A stretch of 64,000 bases of DNA, taken from assembly GCA_951406725.2 (NCBI GenBank), contig CATOCA020000022.1, positions 1 to 64,000 on the forward strand, written 5' to 3'. This document shows, one piece after another, positions 25,830 to 39,161 of the stretch; position 1 is the stretch's first letter, and every line of letters starts with the position of its first letter. Made by a program: the position numbers and the translations under genes. The DNA is from Octopus vulgaris. Lineage: Eukaryota. The notes under the pieces are model-generated. The model saw nothing but the letters and a program-made list of their open reading frames with translations, ran no database searches and had not been told where the DNA came from.

Positions 25830-26692
25830 TGAGCTTCTTCTTATAGCTAAATCACTACCAGAACTAGAGAACAAATTGTGCGTACGGAAGCAAGGTCTAG
25901 AATTGAAAGGTCACAGAATTAACCTACCCAACCCTAACACAAAGTCTTAGTAAGTAGGAAAACAGATAAATCGTAAAGCCCTTCAGGTACATGGCCATCC
26001 TCAATATGAAGGAAACAGGTAGGTAGATGTACTCTGTATAACACATAATAGGTGTAGCAATATCAGAGGAAGGTAAACTGGGAAAATATTTTTTGCATGT
26101 GGAAGGTGCACATGTACAGTAAACACTAAAAGTGTACAGAAAATGGGCTTCATCAAATACCAGAGGAGTACGATAAAGATTGTTGAGCAACAAAGTCAGT
26201 AGCAGAGGTGGATGAACCAAGAGTGAGGCTGCAAGAATAAAAATAGGCTGAGCAAATTCAGAGAGCTCCTTCCTCTGTTTAGTAACTAAGGGTCTCTCCT
26301 TCAGAGTGAAAGTCAAGATTTATTATACCTGTGCAGACAACTATGCTACATGGCAGAAGAAGTAGACATAAGAAGGCATTGGACAAGGTGGTAATGCATG
26401 ATCTTTGACTGTTGGAACTTATAAAGGCAATGACTAATGACTGACACCTTTCATGATATGCCGTGCCTTAGAAGACAATATATTGTAATTAATTTCCCAT
26501 CAATTAATTTTTTCACAACCCCTGCCCACAACACTCATGGAGTGCTTGATGTTAAGAAGGGCATCCAGCCATAGAAACAATGACAAATCAAGACTGGAGT
26601 CTGCTGCAGACCCTCAGCTTACAGCCCTGATGAAACTGTCCAACCCAAGCCAGCATAGAAAATGGACATTAAATGATGATGATGATGATGAG
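25830..26692 (+). mobile_element. RTE-clade LINE 3' remnant with (GAT)n tail
   Basis: IAKSLPELENKL..RKQGLELKG homology to the RTE at 37321-38988. 3' end AAGAAGGGCATCCAGCC...TTAAATGATGATGATGATG. Confidence 0.7.
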
Positions 26693-27426
26693 GACAATTC
26701 TTTTTGTAAAACTTTTGCATTTGATGCTGAACATCTAGTTTAAAGTTAATTTTATACATTGAATTTTCATTTCCAGTGAAATCAATTTTAATATTTCAAA
26801 TTCAAAAATATTTAACAAAATATAATGAGAAACTGAAGCAAGTACTACTTCTATATTTGTAAAAACAAAAAGAAACAAATAGAGGAAAATGAGCAAAATT
26901 GTGCAAAAGTGAACTAAGAAACAGAATACTGTGTAAGGCAAGAGACAACTGTATTTTATGAGAGTACCATATTGCATAAACACAAAAAAAAGAAACTATT
27001 GCAGAGGGAATTAAACTGAAACAGATATCAACATGACACACACAACCCATGCTAGTATGGATAAAATGATTAGATATTTCTGTCGAGAGAAAATTCAGTG
27101 ACAATCTTATGCAACCAACAATAACCTCAAATTTATCAGATTATTGTAGATGAGCAACAACTCAAGAAAACCTGTCAAAATTCTATGTTCTTACAATGAA
27201 TTAATTGCAAGTATTTAAGTATGTAGACAACATAATTTCATGTTTTATATGCATCAATACATGTGTAAAAATAAGTCTCATACCTACGTTCATTTTTCCA
27301 TCCTAGCATGAGTTTGAAAAATATAAGATTTAATAGTTGGGTAACGTTGTCGTAGCTAATGCTAATTTTCTACTAAAGGTTTTCTTTTTCTTTCAAAGTG
27401 CAGTTGTAACAAATGATACATTTGTA

Positions 27427-28627
27427 CACAAACATGACAAAAGTAAATAGATACCCATTAACACATTGTTATTATAACTTGAAGAGGTTTATATTTTTTT
27501 TATTAATTGACATTTATATGTTTCAGGTTCTATATGTAACTGTTTAATCATGCCATGTACAAAAGAAGCCTTAAAAATGTCCAATTTACAAAGAGGCCAT
27601 ATGCTGCACCTATTTCAAGGCTGACTTAGCCTAAAACCACAGAAAACATTGTGATTCTACTTTCTACAGTAAATAGAGTAATTTTTCAATTCACTAAACG
27701 GGAAAGTAGTCCATATCACCTTACCCAGGTAGACTAAGGCCCTCTGACAACACTTTGCTTTCTTAAGAGAAGTGTGTAAGATAATCCTCATTGCAAGGCC
27801 TCCAATATAGCAGAATAAGTTGATGTCAGTCCCAGAATAGCTGTCAGTTATCTCCGCAAAATTGGCTATTATGGCAGAGCAGCAAGAAAGAAGACACTGC
27901 TTCGACCAGCCAATATCAAATGGAGAAAAGATTGGACAAGTGAAATGGTAGAGAGGTCACTAGCACTTTGGGACACAGTCAAATCCTCTGATGAATCCAG
28001 ATTTGCTGTATTTTCTGACACTGATCGAATGTGGGTCTGGAGAATCAGTCACCAATATTTTCACGTGAATATATTGCAGCCAACAATGAAACATGTGATG
28101 GTCTAGAGAGCAGTTTGGAGCAATAGTCAATCAGAAATGGTGGAATGTGAGGGATACATAAACTCAGATAAATATGTGTCCATATTATAGAAAAATCTTC
28201 TTCCTATAACCTCCAGGAGTAAAATGATTAAATAACACTATTTATGGAAGATAGGGCTTTCTTGCACAACTAAAAGACCCAGGATTGGTTGGAAGAGAAT
28301 GGCATTAAAAAGCTTCCATAGCTAAGCCAATCACCAGATATGAACCCTACTGAACACATCTGAGGCATGATGGATGAGATACTTCCTAAAAAGAAAAAGA
28401 AAGCATCCTTAAAGCCAGATCTTTTGATATTACTGCAAGAAACTTGGCAAGAAAATCATGAAGAGAATATTCATCAGATCAGTAGCATGCCTGCTAGGGT
28501 CCTTGCATTCAAAAATGCAAGGAGCCTGTCTACTAAATATTAGATATTCACATTATAATAATTAATAAATAATTTAAATAAATTTTAACAATTATAAGGA
28601 TGTCTATTTAATTCTGTCATGTCTATG
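27427..28627 (+). mobile_element. Tc1/mariner DNA transposon relic with TIRs and TA target duplication
   Basis: ~30-bp imperfect TIRs (TA|CACAAACATGACAAAAGTAAATAGATACCC vs GGATGTCTATTTAATTCTGTCATGTCTATG|TA). Transposase motifs ARKK, WDTVKSSDESRF and SQSPDMNPTEHI, with stops. Confidence 0.88.
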
Positions 28628-28879
28628 TAGTTTTTGAAGCAAAACACAATGGAAACATTAATATTAAGACCTTTTCAAAAATCTCTCTCAAGCTTTTCAT
28701 GCACACTAAGATTTTATTGACATTCATTCAAATTCACTCATTCCAACATGAAACAATTTTTTCCATCAAAAACTTAGTGATGTTTTCACTGTCTCTAATT
28801 TGATCTAGATCCTCTAAGTGTCTCTAATGCATTCATGCCTTAATTTCAATTTGTTCCCTAGATTTTTCCTCAGGGCCAA

Positions 28880-29300
28880 CTCACCAAACAGAAATTAATG
28901 AGACCTAATTGCCTTTCATCTTGATCACATAAATACTCCCACATATTTGGTGCTCAAATACAGCATGCTCCACACTAGGAGATTGACAGTTACCCAGTAT
29001 ATGCAAAAATCGAAAACATTTGCAGTACTAAACAAGCCATTACTATTGCATTTTCTGGCTTCATGTTTCCCAATTATATCCCAATTTTTTTTATCTCTGA
29101 AATCACCAAGTATGAAGATTTTATAAGCAGAAAGAATACTGCACAGAAGCTTTTTTCATGAAAGATAAAATATTAGTCCTTTTTTTCTCTTCAGAGGAAC
29201 ACATGGTTGGAGGGTAGACACTTACTAAGGTAACAAATCTCTTGTTTGACAATGGCAATCTCACTGACATCAAGGTAATCAGTAAATCCAAAGAGTTCAT
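28880..29300 (-). mobile_element. Decayed LINE AP-endonuclease fragment (RTE-like)
   Basis: MSVRLPLSNKRFVTLVSVYPPT, ILGDF and IGKH...CNSNG motifs on the minus strand. Confidence 0.6.
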
Positions 29301-29815
29301 AATCTTAGATGCCAATATTTCACAAACATTCAATGGTCTGTACTCTCTTGCAGTAGCAAGATGACACATAGGCCCAGGCAGCAATACTGTGGGACACCTT
29401 CCAAGCCAGACCTTTCACTATCCATTCCACATCCCTTCTTGACATTACTCTAAATTATTTTGATTTTTCAATGAGTATTTTGCACTTTTTGTCAACAGTT
29501 ACCTATAACATGCATCACATAATTGATATGGTGTATACACACACATGCAATAAGCTTCATATAGTTCCCATCAACCACTTTCACTAAAAATGCATTTGTT
29601 GGTCCCTACCTATAGTCGAAGACTCTTGCCCAAAATGCCACACAGTAGAACTAGACCCTAAACCATGGCATTGGGAAACAAACATATTTTAAATTTGCAA
29701 ACATATATGTCTTATGGAAATTGTTCAATATACACAGAGAAACAGTTGTTCAATTTACAAACAGCTATGGTTAACTAACAGAAAACTTAATTTAACAAAA
29801 AAATTATGTACTTAC

Positions 29816-30884
29816 ATATAGGTGAAGCTTCGCATGGGCTACTTGCTTGGTAAAATCTACATGTATAAAGAAAAGTCTACATGTATAAACTGTTGTGGTG
29901 AGAGTCATTGGCACCCCTATGGGATTGGAAGAATGGACTAGCAAAACTCTTATAAAAAAATTAGCATATTGGTTGAGACAAAGAGAGTCATTGGGAGTTC
30001 ATGGAAGTTGTTGACATTGTTCAGAGTTTATATTTATTAGAAGTATTGTGTTTAGTAGAGTAATCTGAAGTGGGTTGTGTGAAGACAGTTGTGTCTATCC
30101 CCGCTTCGTGAAATTTGCATATCCAACATATAGAAGGATATAAAATAAACAAAAGTTCGCATGTAAACAAATAAGTGTAATCATTCATTTTTTAACTCTG
30201 AAAGTAAAAATGAAAAACTTCCTAATAGTAGCGAAAGGAAAATTTTGGCTTTAATATCAGTTCAATACTCTTTATTTGAAGTGACAAGCAGCCAAGTATT
30301 ATGCAAATGGAAACTTTTACATGTCTCATGTTACATGCATATATATGCATGCTTGCACCCAGTTTCTGTGCACATCTATAGACTTAACTTTTTTTTTCCT
30401 TTGCATGCAACTCTTTTCTCATGAGAAGAATATCTCCTCCTCATTTTATAACTCTCCCGTCTTTTTCTTACCATATCACCATCGTCACATCAACAGAGAC
30501 ATTAAGGCTGCACAATAGCAGTCGACAAGGCATGTATAACGATTAAATAAAAAAAAATGTGTCTATATCTTCGATCACTGTCATTATTCCATTGAGTCAA
30601 CCTCATTGTTTTCTACATAGCAGACCGTTACATAAACAGGCAAAGGTAATCTCTCGTTTTAACTCGAAATAATGTAAACACTGAATCGGCCATACATACA
30701 TACACACACACACACATACATAGATAGATACATACACACACACACACACACACACATACATGCATACATACATATACACATACACCGAGTAAAAAATTTC
30801 AGTTATCTCTCTCTGTCTCTTCACACACACTAACAGAAGCACTTCACTTACACAACATACTTTCTGTCTCGCACACCCCATCAA

Positions 30885-30915
<31 letters not shown>

Positions 30916-31500
30916 CATCAAAGCTTCCCATTCGCGGTAACTTCAAAAAGAAATTCCCTCCTCATACAATCGCTTCCTCTTAGTCTCTTTCGCTCTCATT
31001 ACTTCAAAAGTTCCCGCAAACCCATATGTAAAAAAAAAATAAAAGTTTTTTACGGAAATCGACGGAAAGGTCTACTAGAAACGAAAGATAATCTTTCGTT
31101 TTAACCAACATCTTAATTATGAACCTCAACTCCAAACTTTTTATACATTTTGCCACTAAATAAAATGAAAACCGAGCGGCCTTCCGTCACAACAGACTTC
31201 CTTCAGCTTTTCTCTTTACATCGTCACCAACTACTCTCACTTATTTTTTCTAGATATTAACAATAACAATAATAATAATTTCTTACCTACTTCTTTCATA
31301 ATTGTTAGCTGCAGGAAAAACATTCAAAGACGAAAATTCAATAAAAAAACAGAGACCGTCGCCATTGAAAAGCATACGACAACAATCCCACAATGCTTTG
31401 CGAAAAGTCAGACACCAGTTTTTAGCCGCCATAGTTTCGTATTTGCTTGGTTCATAAATTGTAAAATAGATACATTTACAGCTTATTTTCTTCTGTTTTT
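29816..31500 (-). other. Candidate two-exon host transcript 5' end (non-coding or pseudogenised)
   Basis: Minus-strand donor AG|GTAAGA after 31287, strong acceptor TTTTTCATTTTTACTTTCAG before 30197, and donor GTAAGT after 29816. Sequence is non-repetitive but has no continuous ORF. Confidence 0.35.
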
Positions 31501-31595
31501 TTTTTTTGCGGAACACGTACAAAAATACGGAGTTTATGATTCATGTGTGAGTGTGTGTTCTTGATAATCGTTTAGAACAAGTATTCTATAAGCAC

Positions 31596-31627
<32 letters not shown>

Positions 31628-31846
31628 CATGTAGTAATCCATGCATAAATGTTGAAATGCATGGTACTAAAATACATATATGCAGTTATATATAACCGTG
31701 CGAGCGTACATTGTTTGATACGTATGTACATATGTGTAGATGTATATGTGTGTACACGTGTCTGTGTATGTGTGTGCCGTATGTTGTGTATATTTGTGTA
31801 TAAATATGTACATGCACATGAGCACATTGTATTATATATGTATGCA

Positions 31847-32243
31847 TACTCTTTACTCTTTTACTTGTTTCAATCATTTGACTGCGGCCATGCTGGAGCA
31901 CCGCCTTTAGTCGAGTAAATCGACCCCGGGACTTATTCTTTGTAAGCCCAGTACTTATTCTATTGGTCTCTTTTGCCGAACCGCTAAGTGACGGGGACGT
32001 AAACACATCAGCATCGGTTGTCAAGCAATGCTAGGGGGACAAACACAGACACACACACATACATACATATATACATATATACGACAGGATTCTTTCAGTT
32101 TCCGTCTACCAAATCCACTCACAAGGCATTGGTCGGCCCGGGGCTATAGCAGAATACACTTGCCCAAGATGCCACGCAGTGGGACTGAACCCGGAACCAT
32201 GTGGTTGGTTAGCAAGCTACTTACCACACAGCCACTCCTGCGC
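31847..32243 (-). mobile_element. tRNA-derived CORE-type SINE, best preserved full-length copy
   Basis: Minus strand GCGCAGGAGTGGCTGTGTGG (A box), GGGTTCAGTCCC (B box), CTTGGGCAAGTGT, central microsatellite, complete 3' region and (AAAGAGT)n tail. Confidence 0.92.
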
Positions 32244-32729
32244 ATGTAAAATATATTTAAAAAAAACAATAAAATAAAACAAGTTTGAATTTTAACCATT
32301 GTCCTTGGAAAAATTGTCATATATATGTATAGAAAGAGCCATATACATCGATGACATAGTTTTCCGATCGGTCACGGTTGGAACGTCTCTCCGATCACCC
32401 ATAATCCACCTACTGGTTCAGTAAAGACTGTAGAAGTAGGGGTTTTAAACATGATCGACAACGCGGATTTCAGCAAAAACCACGCACCATAAGGAAACAA
32501 ACTAAAACCGTGTTGTTTACAATGTTTATATGTATTTAAATGTGTAATATACTGACCTTTTCATTGTCCAAGGTGGAGGTAAGGGACTGGCCTAAGGCTT
32601 CATTCAGTGTGGGGGTGATCGTAAGTCCACGACAGGGTGACCATTTGGACACACGAGCGGAAGAGATAGCAACATAATAATCCTTGTAGTGAGTTTGATA
32701 ATGGCTTTTAAACATTGCACTAAGAGCTG

Positions 32730-33060
32730 CTGCTGATGGTGGTGGTAGTAAAAGGTAAAAAGTGCGTCGTGGTGAGATGAAGTCACTCTGTACTGATGGT
32801 GGTGACGGTGTTGTGGTGTGGTGAGAGATAATGTCGTGATAGAACACTCTGTACCGATGAGAGTGGTGATGGTGACTGTTGTGGTTGTGGTGAAAGTTAC
32901 TCAGAACTGATGTGGGGCTGGCGGGAGATACCGGTGTACCGATGATGGTGATAGTGGTGGGGAGAAGTTACTCTACTGATGGGGTGGTGATAGCGACTGT
33001 ATAATGATGGTGGGAGTGGTGGTGAGCGGTTACAGTGTACGAATGATAGTGGTGGTGGTA
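32730..33060. repeat. Degenerate GGT/GAT-rich minisatellite
   Basis: Recurring ACTCTGTAC(C/T)GATG...GGTGGTGA motif. Confidence 0.55.
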
Positions 33061-33947
33061 GAGAGAGAGAGAGAGAGAGATAGGTAGACTGTAGTAGTAG
33101 TAGGAGGAACACAAACGCACACACTCGAACACATAGAAATAAATACATTCACTCACACACAAACGTATGCGCACACAGTACCTGGATCTGTAAAACAGAT
33201 CAAAGATAAAATACAAGAGATCGTAAGATCATTTCCAGTTTTCCACACGCACATATCAACACTTGTCAATGAACGTAGTGCACCAAATTACCAAACTCCC
33301 AACAGGTCAGGGGTCACTTCAACGTATCCTGATTGATATTGCTATCTGACCTATTTCCAACACAGAAATGAAAACACTCACTCACACACACGCACAAACA
33401 CAGAAATGAAAACACACAGTTACACACTCACAAACGCACAAACTCGAACACATAGAAATAATTACATTCACTCACACACACGCACGGAAATGAAAATAAT
33501 CACACATACTCACACACAGAAATGAAAACACAGTTACAAACTCACACACCTAGCAATGAAAACACACATGTACACACTCACTCATTCACACACACACACA
33601 CACACTCAGGCACAAACATTGAACCGGAAACACTCTGTCACACAGGTGCGCGCAAACACAGACACAGAAATTAAAGCACACACACACACATATTGGCTTA
33701 CAAACACACTCATTTAATTTCTTCAGAATGTCAAAGTTTTAAAGTCAACATATTTAAAGCATAAATACCTACAAGTGTGCATCTTTGCATGTATCTATGT
33801 GTGTGTGTGTTCGGACGTATGTGTGTTTGTGCGTGTTTGAGCACAGTCCACACATACGCTGCCGTAACGTAACGGTTAGAATGAGTACTAGCATTCCAAA
33901 GAATAAGTCCTAGAGTACGTTTTGTTTGACTAAAGACGGTGCGCGGG

Positions 33948-34029
<82 letters not shown>

Positions 34030-35830
34030 AATACATAATAATAATGGCCTCCACTCATGACCGAGGAAGACCATTGCCGACCTTCAGGAACATTGTGCGC
34101 TCTAGGACTAACTTATATTTTGCATTTGCGGCTCCGTTGGTGGCTAATGAGCCCTGCTCTTGACAAGCATACACGACTGCAAACATTGCAGACCAAGCTT
34201 TCCCCATTCACTATACGAGCCGTGTGCTTTCGCGCAGCTCGCTTAAGTTCTTCATGCTGGATACGTGCTCTCTCAAAAGTGTCCTCCATCTGTGGCGATG
34301 ACAGGTATTGCTCTCCCAGTCAGTGTCCTGCATATCACAGGCCTTTAATGAGGACTTGACACAGTCCTTAAATCGCAGCCTTGGTTTCTGCCGGACTCTC
34401 CTTCCATTCACAAGTTCTCCATAGAGCATCTGCTTAGGAATCCTTCTATCCTTCATTCGAATAAGGTGTCCAGTCCAACGCAACCGGTGCTTGTGCACCA
34501 CCGCTTCAATACTCAAGATATCAGCTGTCCTCAGGATCTGTGTGTCGGGAGTTTTTGAAGTCCAGCCAACATTGAGAATGTGTCTGAGACATCTCTGATG
34601 AAAACGTTCAAGGACCCTTACCTGACGTTTGTACAGAGTCCATATCTCACATGAGTAGAGAAGCGATGTCAGTACATAAGTACGGTACACAGCAACTTTT
34701 GTTCTCCTTGCGATGCCATGTTGGTACCAGACACGAGACTGAAGAGACTGGAAGGAATTAGTTGCTCTCTGCAACCTGAAAGATAGTTCCTCATCCAAGG
34801 AGCAAGAACGGCTGAGTGTGCTGCCCAGATAGACAAACTTGTCTACTACCTTCAGAATTGTTCCTTCAACGAAGATAGCTGGTTCTATATATGGATTTCC
34901 GGGTGCAGGCTGGAACATTACAACAGTCTTGTCCAGGCCAATGCTGAGTCCAAATGCTCTGCAAGAAGCAGAAATGCAATTCATGATTATTTGCATGTCA
35001 TCTACTGTATGAGTGACTAAGTCACAGTCATCTACATAAAGGAGGTCACGAATAATAGTCTGGAAAACCTTTGAATTGGCAGCAAATTGGCGAAGATTAA
35101 AGAGGCGGCCAGAAGATAGATATCTGATATATATTCCCAGAGAGCTAACCTTAGCAAAAGCATGAGTAAAAGTAGCAGCAAAGTAAAAGAAAAGAGAGTT
35201 GGGGCAAGGATGTCACCCTGCTTGACACCATTCTCTACAGGAATGGGTCCCACCATGGCACCACCAACATTGACCTAAGCCTCCATCCCATCATGAAATG
35301 ATTTAATTATAGATACAAAGTGATCCGGACATCCAAGTTTGCCAAGTATTTTCCATAGAAAGGCCCTATTTACGGTATCTAAGGCCTTAGCTAAATCAAT
35401 GAATACCTGGACAAGATCCATATTCTGCTCATAGCACTTCTCATGCATCTGTCTTGCTGTGAAAATCATATCCATTGTCCCTCTACCAGATCGGAAGCCA
35501 CATTGAGATTCAGATAGGACATCATTTACGAGACACCCATTCAGACGGGCAAGAAGAATATTTACCAGAACCTTACCAGCAGCTGATAGTAGAGCAATAC
35601 CTCTGTAGTTACCACACATTGTTCTGGCTCCTTTTCCTTTATATAGAGGAAGAATAATTGCATCCTTCCAGTCTTTATGGATTGCACCATCCCTCCAGAC
35701 TGCACTAATAAGTTCATGAAGGGACTGCGTGATGCAATTACCACCAAATCGCAAGACCTCAGCACAAATTCCATCCTTTCCAGGTGCCCTACCAAGATTC
35801 AATTTACTTATTGATGTCATTACTTCATCT
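34030..35830 (-). mobile_element. 5'-truncated RTE-clade LINE (BovB-like RT), frameshifted
   Basis: [58 protein letters not shown] and LRWTGHLIRM..RIPKQMLYGEL motifs; (TTA)n tail at ~34035. Confidence 0.93.
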
Positions 35831-35887
35831 ATATACATATATATACAAGTATATATATATGCAAACATACACATATCAATATATACA

Positions 35888-35936
<49 letters not shown>

Positions 35937-37261
35937 TACATATACATACATAGATATATACATATATATATTTATATATATTTACATACATATATACGTG
36001 CATTTACCCACACACGCATATATCCACTGAATATGGCCAATAATATTCCAAAACACTACTGGGTTGAAAATGTAATCAGTTCACTGATAAACGCTTGGTA
36101 CACTCACCAAAACGATTGTGTAAAAGCTAATGTTTACAGTAAACTCGCTGAAAAATTAGCAAAACATTCAGAAGACGATACAAAAAACACGGACGGGTCA
36201 TTCGAAGCCTTCAATCTTCAGTGAAGAACCGGATCATCCTCGCAATTTCGGCTGATTAATTTTGAGATTGCTCCAATCTGACCAGCCCCAAGGAAAAACT
36301 AAGCTAAGCGCATTAGATTCCTTGGAAAAAAGCTTCGAATGTATACGAAACAAGGACAGAAAAACGGACGATGTTATACGAATATGAATACAAAAATAAC
36401 ACGAAATAACAATAATAATATATATATATGCGACAGGCTTCTTTTAGTTTCCATATACCAAATCCACCAGACTATAGTAAAGACAGTTGCACAAAGTACA
36501 GTGCAGTGGAACAGAAACCGGAACCATTTCGTCGGAAAGCAAATATTATACCACAGAGCCGCCTGCGCCTACACACAGATTGCAGCCACATCTTCCTCGA
36601 ATCGTAGCATAGTGTTTAGAAGAGTCACGTGGTATAAGGTAGTTTTAAATGCAGTGAAATCGAAAAACAAAAAGTACGGGAAGATATGGTTGGTTGGGAT
36701 CATCGGCGAGGTCGATCAATACTTACCTAGGGTTAAATAATATCAAACCTATATAGCATTTTTTATCATCTCTCTTTTAAGCTGCCGTGTGTATGACATA
36801 TGTGATGGCATGTATGGTCTACACAGGTGCCGGAACTGATCTTTTTAGGTGCACTCGAATTTTGATAAAGGTTTTAAAAATGCATTTAACCCTGTGAGTG
36901 AGTGAGTGAGTGAGTGAGTGAGTGTGAGTGTGTGTGTGTGTGCGCGCGCGCGAAAATATTACCTAACGGCAAATATGATCGGATAAAGGCCCTTTGGCAT
37001 GTTCAACAAGGCGATAATCAGAACATGAAAATTCAGTCATCTCTATGTTCACAATGTACACACACACAGACATGCACACCTCACGTACACACACACACAG
37101 GCAAACACACACATAAAGCTGAAGATATAAGTATAGACACACATACATACATTATATATATGTATGCCCAAAATGCCACGCAGTCGGACTGAACCCGGAA
37201 CTCTATGGGTGGTAAGCGAGCTACTTACCTCACAGTCAGTCCTACGCCTATATAAATATAT

Positions 37262-37262
<1 letters not shown>

Positions 37263-37320
<58 letters not shown>
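37263..37320. repeat. (GATA)n microsatellite
   Basis: Direct observation. Confidence 0.95.
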
Positions 37321-38986
37321 TTATCATCATCATCATCGTTTAACGTCCGTTTTCCGCGCTAGCACGGGTTGGACGGTTCGACTGGGGTCTGGGAAGCCAG
37401 GGGCTGCACCTGGCTCCAGTCTGATCTGGCAGTGTTTCTACAGCTGGATGCCCTTCTTAACGCCAACTACTCCGCGAGTGTAGTGAGTGCTTTTTACGTG
37501 CCACCTGCACAGGTGCCAGGGGGTCTGGCATCGGCCACGATTGGTTGGTGCTTTTAACGTGCCACCGGCACGGAAGCCAGCCGAGGCGGCGCTGGCATCG
37601 GCCACGTTCGGATGGTGCTTTTTATGTGCCACCGGCACAGAAGCCAGTCGAGGCGGCGCTGGCATCGGCCACGTTCGGATGATGCTTTTTATGTGCCACC
37701 GGCACAGAAGCCAGTCGAGGCGGCGCTGGCATCGGCCACGTTCGGATGGTGCTTTTTATGTGCCACTGGCACAGGTATCACAACTACTATTTCCATTGAT
37801 ATTTGTTTCGATGTTCATGTACATGCACTTGACTCAACAGGTCTCCTCAAGCACAGCGAGATGTTCTGGGATCCAAGGTACTTTGAATGGGCAGGGGCTA
37901 TGCGGAACTGGTGCCGGAAGCATCCCGGGTCTTTGCAGTCACAGCACATCTCCAGAGATCTCGGTCCTTCGCCATTGCCTCAGTGAGGCCCAACGCTCTG
38001 AGGTCATGCTTGACAACCTCATCTCATGTCTTCCTGGGTCTACCTATCCCCCTGATTCCTTCAACTGTTTGGGAGCGGCACTTCTTCACACATCTCTCCT
38101 CATCCATCCACAGTACATGACCATACCATCGCAAGCGTCGCTCTTGCACACCACATCTGATGCTTCTTATGCCCAGCATTTCTCTCAAGGTGCTTACACT
38201 CTGTCGTGCGTTCACACTGACATTACACATCCAGCGGATCATGCTAGCTTCATTTCTTTCAAGTCTACGCATGTCCTCTGCAGTCACGGCCCATGTTTCA
38301 CTATCGTGAAGCATGGCAGTTCACACACATGCATCATACAATCTACCTTTCACTCTGAGTGAGAGACCCTTTGTCGCCAGTAGGGGTAGGAGCTTTCTAA
38401 ACTTTGCTCAGGCTATTCGTATTCTAGTGGTGACACTCTCTGAGCATCCACCTTCACTACTAACTTGGTCACCCAGGTAGCGGAAACTATCAACTACTTC
38501 TAGTTTCTCCCCCTGGGGTGTGATGGAATCTGTTTTCTGAGTATTTGTGGTGTCTATTGTCCCTGTGCATCTGCCGCACATGAAAGCTATCTTATCAGTT
38601 AATTTCCCTTTGATGTTGCTGCACCTCTTATGCGTCCATAGCTTACACTGGATGCATCTTATGGAGTTTCTACCTACACCTTTCCTACAGATCGAGCAGG
38701 GCCACCTGCCCGATGGGGTGTGTGCTGAGTTCGCCTTTCTGCTTACTATAACTTTGGTCTTTGCTACATTTACTCTAAGGCCCTTTGACTCTAACCCTTG
38801 TTTCCACACCCGAAATTTCTTTTCTAGTTCCGGTAGTGATTCTGCTATGAGAGCCAGGTCATCAGCATAGAGGAGCTCCCAGGGGCAACCTGTTTTGAAT
38901 TCCTCTGTTATTGCCTGGAGGACTATGATGAATAAAAGGGGACTGAGGGCTGAGATTTGGTGTACACCTACTTCTACCAGGAATTC

Positions 38987-38988
<2 letters not shown>
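37321..38988 (-). mobile_element. RTE-clade LINE, 3' half of RT, 3' UTR and (GAT)n tail
   Basis: GVHQ.SALSPLLF, LLYADD, FRYLG, SETWA and RRLRWYGHV...GRPRKT motifs; tail ATCATCATC at 37323. Confidence 0.92.
37490..37775. repeat. 67-bp GC-rich tandem repeat in the RTE 3' UTR
   Basis: GCCACCGGCA at 37561, 37628 and 37695, and GCCACTGGCA at 37762. Confidence 0.9.
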
Positions 38989-39068
<80 letters not shown>

Positions 39069-39161
39069 TACATACATACATACATACATACATACATACA
39101 TACATACATACATACATACATACATACATACATACATACATACATACATACATACATACAT
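38989..39161. repeat. (CA)n plus (TACA)n compound microsatellite
   Basis: Direct observation; lies at the RTE/CR1 junction. Confidence 0.95.

Noticed and set aside
32150-32243. tRNA gene
   Set aside because: The A/B boxes belong to the SINE head and continue into CORE-like SINE body; no complete cloverleaf is evident.
36719-36733. U1 snRNA 5' end (ATACTTACCT)
   Set aside because: No downstream U1 homology; it is at most a minus-strand splice-donor-like match.
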